A DNA stretch of 64,000 nt, taken from contig NC_092351.1 of the NCBI RefSeq assembly GCF_963676685.1, positions 372,001 through 436,000 on the forward strand. The letters run 5' to 3'. Made by a program: the position numbers and the translations under genes. Below, one piece after another: positions 51,432 to 64,000 of this stretch (its first letter is position 1; every line of letters starts with the position of its first letter). The notes beneath the pieces were generated by a model. The model ran no database searches. It was not told where the DNA came from and was given only the letters and a program-made list of their open reading frames with translations. Origin of the DNA: Mytilus edulis (Eukaryota).

Positions 51432-52152
51432 AGCAACAAGAACAATTCCACAAGAAAATAAATTTAGCGTCACAAAATTTAATCATTGCCTATTTCAAAT
51501 AAAACAAATAAAGAAACATGTTTTGAAGTTTCTTTTTTAATATACATGTATTATAATCATTTTATTATACAGTCAGAACAGTGTATACATTTGTTCAAAG
51601 AAAAGGTGTTTTATTTTTATGTTAGAGGAAATGTTTATGAATCAATATTTGAAACTTAACAGCGTAAAAAGTGCATAAATGAATGGGAAATTGTTAAGCC
51701 ATTATTTGTTAACACTTTGTACATGTATAATCAGTTGATTGAAGGATTCATTCATACCGTATTCTCATAAATTTACAGTAATTTTGATTTGCATATTCTA
51801 TTTATCAATTGCTTCATTGTTGTGACAATATAATGATTCTTGAATTGTACATGTATCAATTTGAAATTTTCAGATTCATTACACTTTAAATAAATGTCAT
51901 ACATTTTATTTATTTTTTTGATTTATCGATCTGAACATATTTCATAATGTGTAATATATCTTTTATTTTAGTGAAAATTCATTACAAGACTGTTTATCTA
52001 TTATGTGAGTGTATCACAGTTGCACAATTCCACAGGTTTTTTTTTCGCCTACGATTATTCATGATTCAGACAAAAGGGTTCATTGTGCTTATTTTTTTAA
52101 TATATACTTACAAATTCAAACTATTGAGATATAATGACGAACATAATGTCTC

Positions 52153-52547
52153 AGCATAAACATACGAATTGTTTAGTCTGTAAGAAAAGCTATTAGCCGT
52201 CTAAGCATAAACATACGAATTGTTTAGTCTGTAAGAAAAGCTATTAGCCGTCTAAGCATAAACATACGAATTGTTTAGTCTGTAAGAAAAGCTATTAGCC
52301 GTCTAAGCATAAACATACGAATTGTTTAGTCTGTAAGAAAAGCTATTAGCCGTCTAAGCATAAACATACGAATTGTTTAGTCTGTAAGAAAAGCTATTAG
52401 CCGTCTAAGCATAAACATACGAATTGTTTAGTCTGTAAGAAAAGCTATTAGCCGTCAAAGCATAAACATACGAATTGTTTAGTCTGTAAGAAAAGCCGTC
52501 TAAGCATAAACATACGAATTATTTAGTCTGTAAGAAAAGCTATTAGC
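52153..52547. repeat. 51-bp minisatellite, ~8 copies
   Basis: Unit agcataaacatacgaattgtttagtctgtaagaaaagctattagccgtcta. Confidence 0.95.
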
Positions 52548-53099
52548 TTTTCACTGCTTTATTATGCTAAATGGCTGCAACTCGGGTACTCGATGCTATT
52601 TAAATACAGCAAAATTGAAAAAAGTATAAAATAATAATAAACTGTTATTCATAGAATCTTTTATACGTTCATATGTTTTAATACATTTAGCAATTAAACT
52701 TTATTGTCAATAAATTTGTCTTCCTGTCGCTTATATTTTCTTTTTTGTCACTAAAATCATGAAATTTTCATTTACGTTTACCTTGAGATTTGAAATAACT
52801 GATTTTTTTTAAAACTTTTTATTAAGTTGTTACCAATTATTAGTAGCCATAAAATACTTACTTTGCACTCAATAAATATGATAGTGATGCATGAAATCAA
52901 AATAAAATTACAATGAATTAAACTTTCCTTTGAGGGTAAAAGGTAAATTGGGGGAATTAAATAAACCGGTGATCACAATCTCAAATCAACTAAATGATCC
53001 CACCTGTTATTTACAGTCTATGAATAATTTATGATCCGATCAAACATATGTATCATTAAATCAATTTGGAGGAAATGACCTTAAATTCGAAGAATTTAT

Positions 53100-56000
53100 T
53101 TCTTAATTGAAAAAAAAATCTTATATGATATATCCACACAGAAAATAGCTTTGTAATTATTGTGCATTATATCATCAAAGTCATATAGCTTACTTAAAGA
53201 TGTTCATCAACCAACCAAACGATAATAAGCCACTGAAAAATGCACATGACATTATGAAAAATAAAATAGTGACTTCGTCAAAATGTAATTACATCCATCA
53301 TATTTTCTAAACAAAAATGTATGATATTGAATTATTTTCAAGCAAATGTATTTTCGAAATCCGCATAAGGGTAAACTGGTATGATTGAACAAACGATGCA
53401 ATTTTTTAACAATTCCAAGATTATATGCTTTATTAAATACTTTCAGAAATTGATTAAAGTATTATTATTCTCTGTTCAAAAGTCCCACATCAAATTAAAT
53501 CCACATTCATATAAAGTATTTTTAATTTCTAACAACCATTTAGAGTGGTAGATACCCCTTTTACTAAGATGATACAATATAGAATACACATGATACGTTG
53601 CCAGAAACCAACCATTCTAGCTTTAATAAGAATATGTACTGGTATTCTACCCAATTCTCCATAAATCATACAATGATCAGTACTTTTTTTAACCTTCAAA
53701 ATTATTTTACAAAATTGCATATGCAAGTTTAATATAATATTACAATTTTCAAAACCCCATACTTCTGCACCATATAACAAAATAGGTACAACCATTGTAT
53801 TAAATAGCTCTAATTGCATATCAATTAGTAAATTCAACTTCCTAGCCTTTCTTAAGACTATAAACATGGCTTTTCTTGCTTGCTGTACAAGATGTGCTTT
53901 GGCGTCATTAAAATTTCCCTTAAAAGAAAATATAATACCAAGGTATTGAAAATTTGTAACAATATTAAGGCTTTCACCACTATATTTAAAGTTCATATTA
54001 TCTGTGTTAAGTCTTGATCTTGAAAATATTACAACTTTTGTCTTAGATATGTTAACTTGCATTTTCCAAGTTTGACAATATAAATACATGGCATTTAATG
54101 AGGCTTTTAACTCTGCTGCCGATTCGGCTAAAATTACAGTATCATCTCCATATAATAACAAATATAAACGAAAATATACAGCGACTTCATCAGTATCAAG
54201 AAAACGTGCTGCAATACTCATATCAACTAAACCATTATATGAATGTGACATAAATTCGACCAAGTCATTTGAGAAAATGGCAAAGAATACAGGAGATAGA
54301 TAGTCTCCTTGGCGTACACCAACATTGGATTTAAAAAAGTTTGAACAAGAGTTGCCTTGTCTCACACAAGACTTTTTGCATTGTTATACATACTGTTTAT
54401 AATCTTAAACATTTTGCCATCAATGGTACATTTTAACAGTTTTTGCCATAAATATACTCTTCTGACAGAGTCAAAAGCTTTTCGATAGTCAACAAATACA
54501 CAATACAATTTTCTACCTCTATGTAAGTATAAATCAATCAAGCATTTCAAATTAAAAATATGATCTGTCGTACTATAACCTTTTCTGAACCCTGCTTGTT
54601 CTTCACACAATGAACCAGAATTTTCTAAATATGTATGAAGCCTAATATTCAAAATGCAAGTAAATAATTTACCATAACAACTTAAAATAGTAATACCACG
54701 ATAATTATCCACATCATTCGGATTACCTTTATTCTTATATATTGGGCATATATAATTTCTGACCAACTATCAGGTATAATACCACTATGAAATACAATAT
54801 TTAATATTCTTACAAAAACAGGCATCAACTTTACTGTGCCATATTTCAAAAATTCATTCAATATAAGATCACCACCACATACTTTATTATTTTTCAATGA
54901 TTTGACAGCATATAATACTTCGTCTTCAGTAATATCTCGATTTAATTCAATATTATAATCAGTAATATTATTAGGTAATACAATATCGTTATCATCCTGC
55001 TCATCAAGAGCATTAAGATTTTGAAATGATCATATAATACATCCATAGTAATTTTATTTACAGCTTTGTTACCTTTTGTATCACATTTGTTCAAAAGAGA
55101 CCAGTATGCTTTCGAATCAGATTTACGCAAGTTTTTCAATTTGTCTATAACAGACTACTGATATTCTCTAAACTGCTTGTTAAGCGTACGTTTATACTCC
55201 CTACTACTAGCAATGAGATTTTCCTTTGTTTCAGCCCTTTGTAATCTCCAGTGGATATTTTTACATTTACGATATGCTTTACGTTTTAAATAACAATCTT
55301 GATTAAAATAAGGTGTACATTTTTTTGACCTGACACCAAGTCGACTGTTCTTGGGTTTGAATTCTACAATCATGTCAGCTTTATCAGCAGCATTTTTAAT
55401 AATTGAATTACAATTCAATATTACATTGTTGACAGTTTCAACATTAATATTATTGACATCTAGATTTTCAAGTTTTTCAACTAAATCATGAATATTTTCA
55501 TCATTCAAATTTTCTAAAAATACATTTGCATTATTATTCCTCCATTTTGATTTGTATACAACATTGCTATTATCCTCATGTGACAGAGTATCAACAGATT
55601 CAAGTATTACAGAAGTATCAAAATGTTTGACAACTGGACAATGAATATCACTCAAAATTGAATCAAAATTTTCAATATTGAAGTATGAAATACATTTAAA
55701 TAACATAGGTGACACAATAGCATAATCAATTAGTGTGTTTTTACTTGTTGTAACAGCCCCTACTAATTGATCATTACTAATTTTACCATTAACAATATAT
55801 AGATCTAAATTTTTACAAAATTCCAATAATTTGTGTCCATAATTATTTATATTCGAAATGTCCTTCGAAGAACGCTTAATTGGGATACCCAATTCATACA
55901 GAGCATTAATACTGTTCATATATTTTCTGGAATTCTCGTCGATCAGCAGGCTGTCTAGGATTGTATCATTTACAATAATAAAGTCATCATGAGTCCCTGT

Positions 56001-57300
56001 ATGGACATAAAAGTCCCCAAGTAGGCACACTTGGTAATTTTTATTAACAGTGATATAATAAGTTATAATCCTGGTACTTTTGATAACTAATATCAATTAT
56101 GTTTTCTAAAATCTCATCAAATATGTCAACTGAACTATAAACACTATTTTCAGGGGGGATATATACTATCCCAAACAACAAAGCACTTGGCAACAAATTC
56201 ACAATAGAGAACAAATATATACATTGACTAGAGATATCAATAACTTTCATATATTTGTAGATAGAACTTTTTACAAATACTGCTATACCACCAGACTTAT
56301 GTCTACATTTCTCACGTATTATAGGTGGTGGTAATTCATAACCAGATAAATGAACATCATCATATGCATACAATTTTGATTCAGTAAAACACAATATATC
56401 ATATAATGAAATAAACTCCACAAAATCGGGGATTTTACTTTTTGAAACCAACCCACACACATTTAATGACAGAACTTTTAGCTGGCCTTTCACATTTTGA
56501 ATTTCACAATTTTGACGTTCACTTTCACTTATGAATATGGGCAAATTTTCAGATTTTGAATTTATTTCAACACTGCGCTCTTTTTGACTTCCTTCGCACC
56601 CCTAAAATTCGGGCAACCCTAAAGCTTTATAATGCACGGTATCCATTCCAATTTTAAACAAGTCATTCGGACTATCAATTGTAACCTTGAACGTACAGTG
56701 GATCCTTCCCTCTTTTGTAAATGCTGATTTTACATTGGTCTGCTTTTTAATGTAAAAGAGTAGCTTGAATTTCAGCTTTGTAAGGTCTTCAGCTATAAAA
56801 ATGTTCTTAAAACGTCCATTTTTTCTCAGCTCGGCACGATTCTTCAACAACAGAAATCGGGGCTCACGGTGGACAAATCTAGCAATGACTTGGCGTGCTT
56901 TCCCCTCGCGCGTCGGACCCATTCTATGTATGGCGTTAAAGTTGTCAGGCTTTATGACTACCCCTACCGAACCAGCAATTTCAATTAAAATATTAGTCAA
57001 GTCTTCTCCGTCTGCTTCTGGAACATTAGAAATGCGTACATTTTCTCGTCTAGAGTACTGATTTAAAGAGTCATTTTCGTACAAGAGTTTCTCACCTGTG
57101 CCTGCAATTTATTGATAGCTTCATCATGCTTGATAAGTCTATCGTCCTGTTTAGTGGTTATAAGTACCTCTAGGGCTGGCAACATCAATGTTATAACTTT
57201 AACGGCCACTTTGTCCTCCCCCGTCATGCCGGTCGTTTCGGCGCTTTTTGTTTGCAAGTGTTCATTAACAGCTGTAGTTGATTCATGAAAGGTTGAATCA
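53100..57300 (-). mobile_element. Near full-length degenerate RTEX/L1-like LINE (ORF1 + APE-RT ORF2)
   Basis: ORF1 56602-57257 (NQYSRRENVRISNVPE, AIHRMG, IFIAEDLT). APE motifs LNVCGL, CFTES, SGGIA, YIPP, LGDF and SDIH. RT motifs NYRGITIL, EEQAGFR, FVDYRKAFD, GVRQGDYLSP and LLYGDD. Multiple frameshifts. Confidence 0.88.
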
Positions 57301-59959
57301 CTTTCTAATAGGTCACTACATTTACTCTTAAACGATGACAGTATGATATCAAAACCATTACAATTTATGTTAAAACTAAAAAAAAACCAGAGTTATCTCT
57401 CTGTATATATTCAACTATAATCTTCGAATGATTAAAGTCAGTCATGTGTTGAAATACACAAACAACTATACACACAAATACGATGCAACAAATTCAGTTA
57501 CCCATTTTCATTCGTTTGCTAAACTATAAAAGATTGGAATAAATTACCTTAACTAACAGTCTGCAGCACCAATATTTAAGAGGAACTTTTCCAGATTTTA
57601 CTCCTCGTTACATACCAATATCTACATGCATAAACTATATTCTTGTTGTCTTATAAGTGTTACTGTCAGTGGATGCGTCATGTCTTCGTCGATGAATTCA
57701 ATATCAGTATCAGTTATTTCTATGTCTTTCAATTTAAAACGTTCAATATGCTAATGTCATTTTGTAATAACTTTATCTTGTGTGCACATATACATGTCAA
57801 ATAATCATTTTTGTTCCATTAGTTTTGAGATATTAAAACAAGGAAACAATGTCTTTTAAAAATATCTTGTCGTTTATTATCCTATCTGAGCGTGAAACAT
57901 GTTCTTCCTATAATTATACTGAATCCATACTATAAACATATACAACTTTTTGTGGGAATAAGATATCAACCATTTGTTTCTTTTTTATATAATTTGTATT
58001 TGGTTAATTTTTTTTAATTATTTTTTTTGTGGCTTATTTCATTTTATTTTCATATGATTCAAATGAACATTTTGAAGTATGACTGGATTTTCAAGAGAAG
58101 GGATATCATTTACACAATATCAATAATTCATATACATGTAGGTTGTGAACATGATTCCTATGAGTTAATAAAATAAGATAGAAAAATAATTATATATAAC
58201 GAAAGATTTGTCAGTAATATGATTTCAAAATATATCTTTTAGAAAGCAAAAGTTTCTTCACTTTGAGGTTTTTAGATTGACCCCCAAAATAATATTCTAA
58301 ATTTGGCAGATATGGTAATCATTCTTGATAAATCTGAAGTATTCTTAGTGGTAATATGTTGACTATTAGCCAGAAATTTACAAATACGTTTAGTCGAAAA
58401 ATCTTGACGATTCAGCTAAGATCATGTGGGTGGAGTTTTGAACTTCTGTATGAGAACGGGAGATTTTCAACGTCCTTGTTAATGTAAAGGATGTGTCACC
58501 GGGGAAACTGAGGTGACTTGTAAGGTCGTGTAACAAGAGCCTGACTGAATGGCCTCTTGTTACTGAAACTGTGTGATGCACCTGATCACACAATGAATGA
58601 TTGCTCTGAATAGCAATGAGAACTCTGAATACTGGTGAAACCTAACTTTTGAGACTCTGGAAGTAGCGATGAATAAACCAATAATTCAGCATGGAATACG
58701 ACTACTTTTATTACAGATGGACTGTGTTCAGTGTAAAGTCCTGAGTCCAAATCTTGCTTATTGAAATTATAAGCAAGTATTTATACACAATTGAAATGAC
58801 AAGAATAGACATAACAAATAACAATTAATTTGAGTGATATTGTTCACTGACAAAGGTTAAACTATTTTTAGAACTTGAAGAATAGATATTAAATGATAAT
58901 CTGATTATGACAATTAAGAACATACATTATGAATAAGGTAAAATGTCACTAATTAGGTAACAGATTGAAACATGTCACTCAATGTCCAAACTAAGAATTA
59001 AAAAGCATGTTGATTTTAAGTCCTGGATACGAAATGTAAATAGAAACGAAATTATAAAATAAAATGAATTATAAAACACAGAGAATTAAAGTCTAAAATA
59101 TCACAATTGAGAATTTTGTATTAAAGTCCAAAATAATAAACGAAGCTGCTTTTTCCCTGGTCACAGATGTTTGCTACTCTATTTCAAAATAACAATCTTT
59201 TTACTGACTGTAATACGTTAACATATTTTATATAACGGAAATAAGAAGCAACAATGAATTTGTCTGGAAATAATCATTTCTATAGCTTTTTCGTTCATTT
59301 TTACACTGGCACCTTTCATCCTTCGAAATCTAGTGAAAATAGTAAGGGTATTTTGAAAAATATCTTTCAAACTTTATGTTTTAATATTATTATAAAAAGA
59401 AAAGAAGATGCTAGTGAGCCTAATTTCTAATTAATGGCACTATATTGGTTCAACTAGAAAATACTGAAAACCTAACAAGTTAAAAACAAGAATAGCGAAC
59501 AGGCTTTATAAATGATAAGATATTTTTTTTATGATTTTGCTATACCCCTCACGTGTTATTGTATGCTTTGTGTTTGATTGATTGCTTCTGTGGTATCCAT
59601 ACATATTGCTTGAACAACAGCACATTTGTGATATAAGGAAGTATGAAATATCCACCAACTAGACATTTCTAAAATGGTAAGTAAGTCGTGTGCTCGTGTT
59701 CCTGTTCGTGACATACACGCTAATCTTTTTCTGACATAATCCTTAACTACATCCGAGAAATTCCTGAGGTGTTTTGTCGAATTGGTGGTCTAAAGAATTC
59801 GATACTTTCTAAGTTGTCCATTGTTTACGATACAGAGATCACCGGATATTACCCCTTTTACCTGACCAGTATGACTTTTTTGTTTTGCGATGATAAAAAA
59901 AAAGAGCTGTCGGGAATTTAACATTTGACATCCTGATGGTCTTTTATAACTTCTTTACA

Positions 59960-60900
59960 AAGTATATATATCTCCGAATTGATACGATATTCCCGGGCTT
60001 GTTCTTCCTATCATGATTTCCTTGATAGAGGGTTGCTGCTTACAAAGAAGCTATTAAAACAAGAGTTCCAAATGGCGAAGTTGAAATCAACCCTTCGTAA
60101 ATTTTACGGACGCCATCACACAGTGGTTGACCGTTATGGAATAACCGTTTCACAGATGATATCGGATATGTTCCTTGTGTCGTAACTACAATCCACTTCC
60201 TTATTCACCACGAATGTGACCTACCGCATTATACTATTTACCGGATTTGTAATAACATGAGCAACATGACGGGTGTCAAATGTGGAGCAGGATCTGCCTA
60301 CCCTTACGGAGCACGTGAGATTACCCAAAGTTTTTGGTAGGGCTCGTTTTGCTTAATCTTTAGTTTTCTATATTGCGTCATGTGTACTTATATTTGTCTC
60401 TTTGTCTTTTTATTTTTTAGTCATGGTGTTGTCAGTTTATTTGCGATCTATGAGTTTGACTGTTCCTCTGGTATTTTTCTCGCCCCTCTATCTTGATGTT
60501 GAATATTTACATGTAGCAATGTATTTTAAATTATGGAAATTATAGAAACAACGGACACGGGTTCTCTACCATATTATAAAACTATTCCTCGAATTATTCA
60601 TAAGCGGTCATCTCAGAATATATGACAAACGCGCCGTTTTTAATTTTTAAATTATCAATTTCCCCAACCTAATTAGTATCCATATCGGATATATATTTTC
60701 CAACTTATGCGGTATTCAAGAGCTTGCATCTCCCACTCAGACTTTGTAAAACGTCAACAGTGTCTGATCAGAAACCAGGGTTAGGTCAAGTAACGCCTCG
60801 TCCATTTTCACAAAAAAAGTTCATCGGAAGATACCAAGACCTTGTTGATTATCGTTCCGTATCAACTAACAAATTAATATACGATGCTCTTGAATTATAG
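59960..60900 (+). mobile_element. Penelope-like 3'-end fragments
   Basis: IRYSRACSSYHDFLDRGLLLTKKLLKQ. A second, more decayed copy lies at ~60640-60900, and another inverted at ~63860-64000. Confidence 0.7.
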
Positions 60901-61779
60901 CTATAGATTCTAGGTACTGTTTAGTCTACTCTTGCATTCTTGTCTTTCATTTTTGCTAATGTGCTTTGTTTATATGCCTTTTTGTGTTTCTTTGTTGACA
61001 TATTTGTTTGTTGGGGATTAAGATTATAACACAAATGATGACTGATGTACCCCTATTTTTGACATTATTACCTATTATATAGATATAAGAAGATTTGGTA
61101 TGAGTGCCAATGAGACAACTCTCCGTCCAAATCACAATTTGGAAAGTAAAACCAATATAGGTCAAAGTATGGTCTTCAACACAGATACGTGGCTCACACC
61201 GAACATCAAGCTATAAAAGGCCCCAAAAATTACTAGTGTATAACCAATCAAACGGGAAGACCAACGTTCTAACCTATATAAAAAAAACGAGAAAATATCA
61301 ATTGAAATTGTTTAACTCAATCAAAAGACATATTAACACAAGTGAACATACACTGAACGAATAAATGTGGTCTGTGATACAAAATCAATAAAATAAGAGG
61401 TGAATGAATAAAGGCAAATGAAGTATACAAATAAACTCATCATACCGCTGAGGTATGTTCAATAATTTTTTTTAAAACCGCATTATCTAAATTTCGGTTC
61501 ACAATTCGGTGTCAATAAAATTGAATTTTATGCGACTATAATACAATTGAGATGTTTAGCTAGCTACAAAAACAGGTTTGGTCCACATTTTTTTGCATGG
61601 GAAGATGCTAATGCAGGTCGTATATATGACAGTTGTTGTCCATTCGTATGATGTGTGTGAGCTTTTGATTTTGCCATTTGATTCGGGACTTGCAGTTTTG
61701 AATTTTCGTCGGAGTTCAGTATTTATTGTGATTTTACTTTTTGTTATATCTCGAATGTGTCAATAAATGATATTATTAG

Positions 61780-62180
61780 TTACACAGTGTGCAATTGTCC
61801 TAATACGAGAATTTATCGGGTCAATAAAATTCATATCGGGTGAGGCGAAGCCAAACCCGATATGAATTTTATTGACCCGATAAATTCCGTATTAGGACAA
61901 TTCAACACTGTGTAACGAATTTATCCTGATTTTGTTATATTACATATTATTATATTCAAATTCAATTTCGAGACAATATCAATAATACATTTTATATAGA
62001 TATAACTAATCTAAAACTGAAAAATTAAAAATATTATGACTATAAAGCAACTCATTTTTTTTAATTTTTTTTATTAGGTCAATGGTATAAGGGAGATAAT
62101 TCCAATTGACGTAATACTGAAATTTATTACGACAATATCAGCCAATCAAAATGCGAGAAATTACTCTAAATCAGGATAAT
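61780..62180. mobile_element. Palindromic MITE (Crypton-like non-autonomous element)
   Basis: ~60-bp arms (61780-61917) around the loop gaggcgaagccaa. atcctgattt (61924) pairs with aaatcaggat (~62168). Confidence 0.65.
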
Positions 62181-62184
62181 AATC

Positions 62185-62705
62185 CTTATTTGGCATTTTT
62201 TATACCTAAAGTTTGTCAATGAATGATGCTGATCGTTATTTGGCTTTTTGTATACCTCATGTTTGTCAATGAATAATGCTGAATCGTTATTTGGCTTTTT
62301 GTATACCTCATGTTTATCAATGAATGATGTTGATCGTTATTTGGCTTTTGTTATATCTAAGTTTGTAAATGAATGATGTTGGTCGTTATTCGGCTTTTGT
62401 TATATCTAAGTTTGTCATTGAATTATGTTGATCGTTATTCGGCTTTTGTTATATCTAAGTTTGTCATTGAATGATGTTGATCGTTTTTTGACTTTTGTTA
62501 TATCTAAGTTTGTCAACGAATAATGTTGATTTATCATTCGGCTTTTATCAATTAACGATTTTGTCAATGAATGTACGTTATCTTACTTTTGTTACTTCTC
62601 GAGTTTATCAAAAAATTATGTTTAAGCGTTGTCTAGATCTTGCTATATCTAAGAATTGTCAATTAATGATAGTGATCTCCCTTTTGCTATATCTCGAGTT
62701 TTTTA
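62185..62705. repeat. Degenerate tandem repeat (~45-50-bp unit)
   Basis: Repeated gatcgttattyggcttttgttatatctaagtttgtcaatgaatgatgtt. Confidence 0.8.
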
Positions 62706-62910
62706 AAGTATGACGTAACTCAGGGGCGTAGCTACCTAGGGCTCATCTAGGCACGTGCCTATACATAAATGTGCCAATTATATACTCCCTTTAGAAAAAA
62801 TGAAATAAAAATACACATTTTAATTCAAATGCGTATTATTATTTAGGCCAGACAGACTTCTTGTTGTCCTTCATGTCACAAATGCCAATCTGTACACTTC
62901 GATGCATATA

Positions 62911-63331
62911 GTCCAGCAGATAGGTGAATAATTGTGCACTTTGTGTTTAAAGCATAAAATTTGGTAGAAACATAGTTTGAACCGTTCTAAACAAAATTAG
63001 ATATGGAGGCAAGCTTGATTTTATCCACTTCCGGTTTTATCATCAAAATGGCGGACTTGCATTTGATAACTGATTAATGGTTATTTAATTCTCACAACTG
63101 GTAGTCAAAGTTTGCTGTGTAGACTATAATATTATTGTGTATTCATGGTTTGAAATAATGTATCATTTAACATGCATCCGCCATTTTGGATTTTACTGGA
63201 AGTTAACTATATTTCCAGCTTGCCTCCATATCTCAAATTAAAGAGTATAGATAAAAGTATGTTTGAGCAAAATTTGGTGCTTTTAACACGAAGTGCACAA
63301 TTTCTTCATATATTGCACCTATCTGCTGGAC
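62911..63331. mobile_element. MITE with TIRs and TA flanks (Tc1/mariner-like)
   Basis: TA|gtccagcagataggtg ... cacctatctgctggac|TA, with the inverted similarity extending inward. Confidence 0.75.
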
Positions 63332-64000
63332 TAGACTATTTAGATTTGATCGACACTCCCCGTTTCATCGTCAACTAATGAAAGATCCTTCTGCGTGATG
63401 CGACTCGTCAAGTCTTACCAGAGATTGATGAGACACTTTCTTATTGATCTCTTCCATATATCCACAGACACCTCAATGTTGATGTTGATGCGAGTATAAC
63501 TGATTTTATTGGCAGAAAAAAAAACTGTCGACATTGACTTTGTGTATAAAACTAGAACTGAATCCTCAATGCTCTTCAACTTTGTAATTGTTTGGCTTTA
63601 TAAATATTTTGATATGAGCGTCATACGAGTCTTATGAAGACGAAACGTGCGTCTGCCGTACTTATTTATAATCCTGGTACCTTTGATAAGCAATTAAAGG
63701 TAGAAGACGACAAAAGAGAGCGATTTGCAGTAATAATTTACTCATTAAAATAAACATATGCAAGCGTCCCAGAGGCACGAAATGCATTTGTGAATTTAAA
63801 AAATTTTGTTGTCAAAAAGGAGGCGAAATAATCTAGAGGTATATTCGAATCGTAGAAAAACTGAAGACTAAGCAACAGGAACCCCACCAAAACGGGATTG
63901 TATTTACAACATAAGGTACATATCGGATATCATCTGTGTAACGAATATTTCATAACGGTCAACAACTCGTGATGGTGTTTGTAAAATGTATGAAGGGAAG

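Noticed and set aside
52153-52547. CRISPR-like regular repeat
   Set aside because: Units are identical head-to-tail with no spacers; an ordinary minisatellite.

Overview
AT-rich, repeat-dominated eukaryotic DNA. The repeat families, including a 350-nt hammerhead retrozyme and Penelope-type RT relics, suggest a bivalve such as Mytilus (inference). Most of the window is decayed or nested transposons: Penelope-like RT copies, a MULE/SWIM DNA transposon, CR1/L2 and RTEX/L1-like LINEs, a CryptonA-type remnant, two BEL/Pao LTR elements (one with a nested Gypsy-type solo LTR), MITEs and SINEs. The only host-like gene is an intronless GH5-fold gene (39814-40889) that lacks the canonical nucleophile and has an out-of-frame signal peptide. 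The standout is a ~10-kb GC-richer island (~8.8-18.8 kb). It carries a 15-exon, phase-consistent minus-strand gene of ~1,080 codons that the ORF track fragments. The product has an acidic region, an NLS, two C2H2 fingers and a non-canonical tyrosine recombinase, and is now disabled by 4 stops and 1 frameshift. The island also has a second zinc-finger unit, an iterated TATGCGTAACATTTTCACA motif, a ~115-bp intronic inverted-repeat pair bracketing the recombinase exons, a short TTAGGG run and a 10-7-10 palindrome near the right edge. It looks like a large intron-rich tyrosine-recombinase DNA element distinct from the CryptonA relic in the same window. All calls are from manual reading; no database searches were run.
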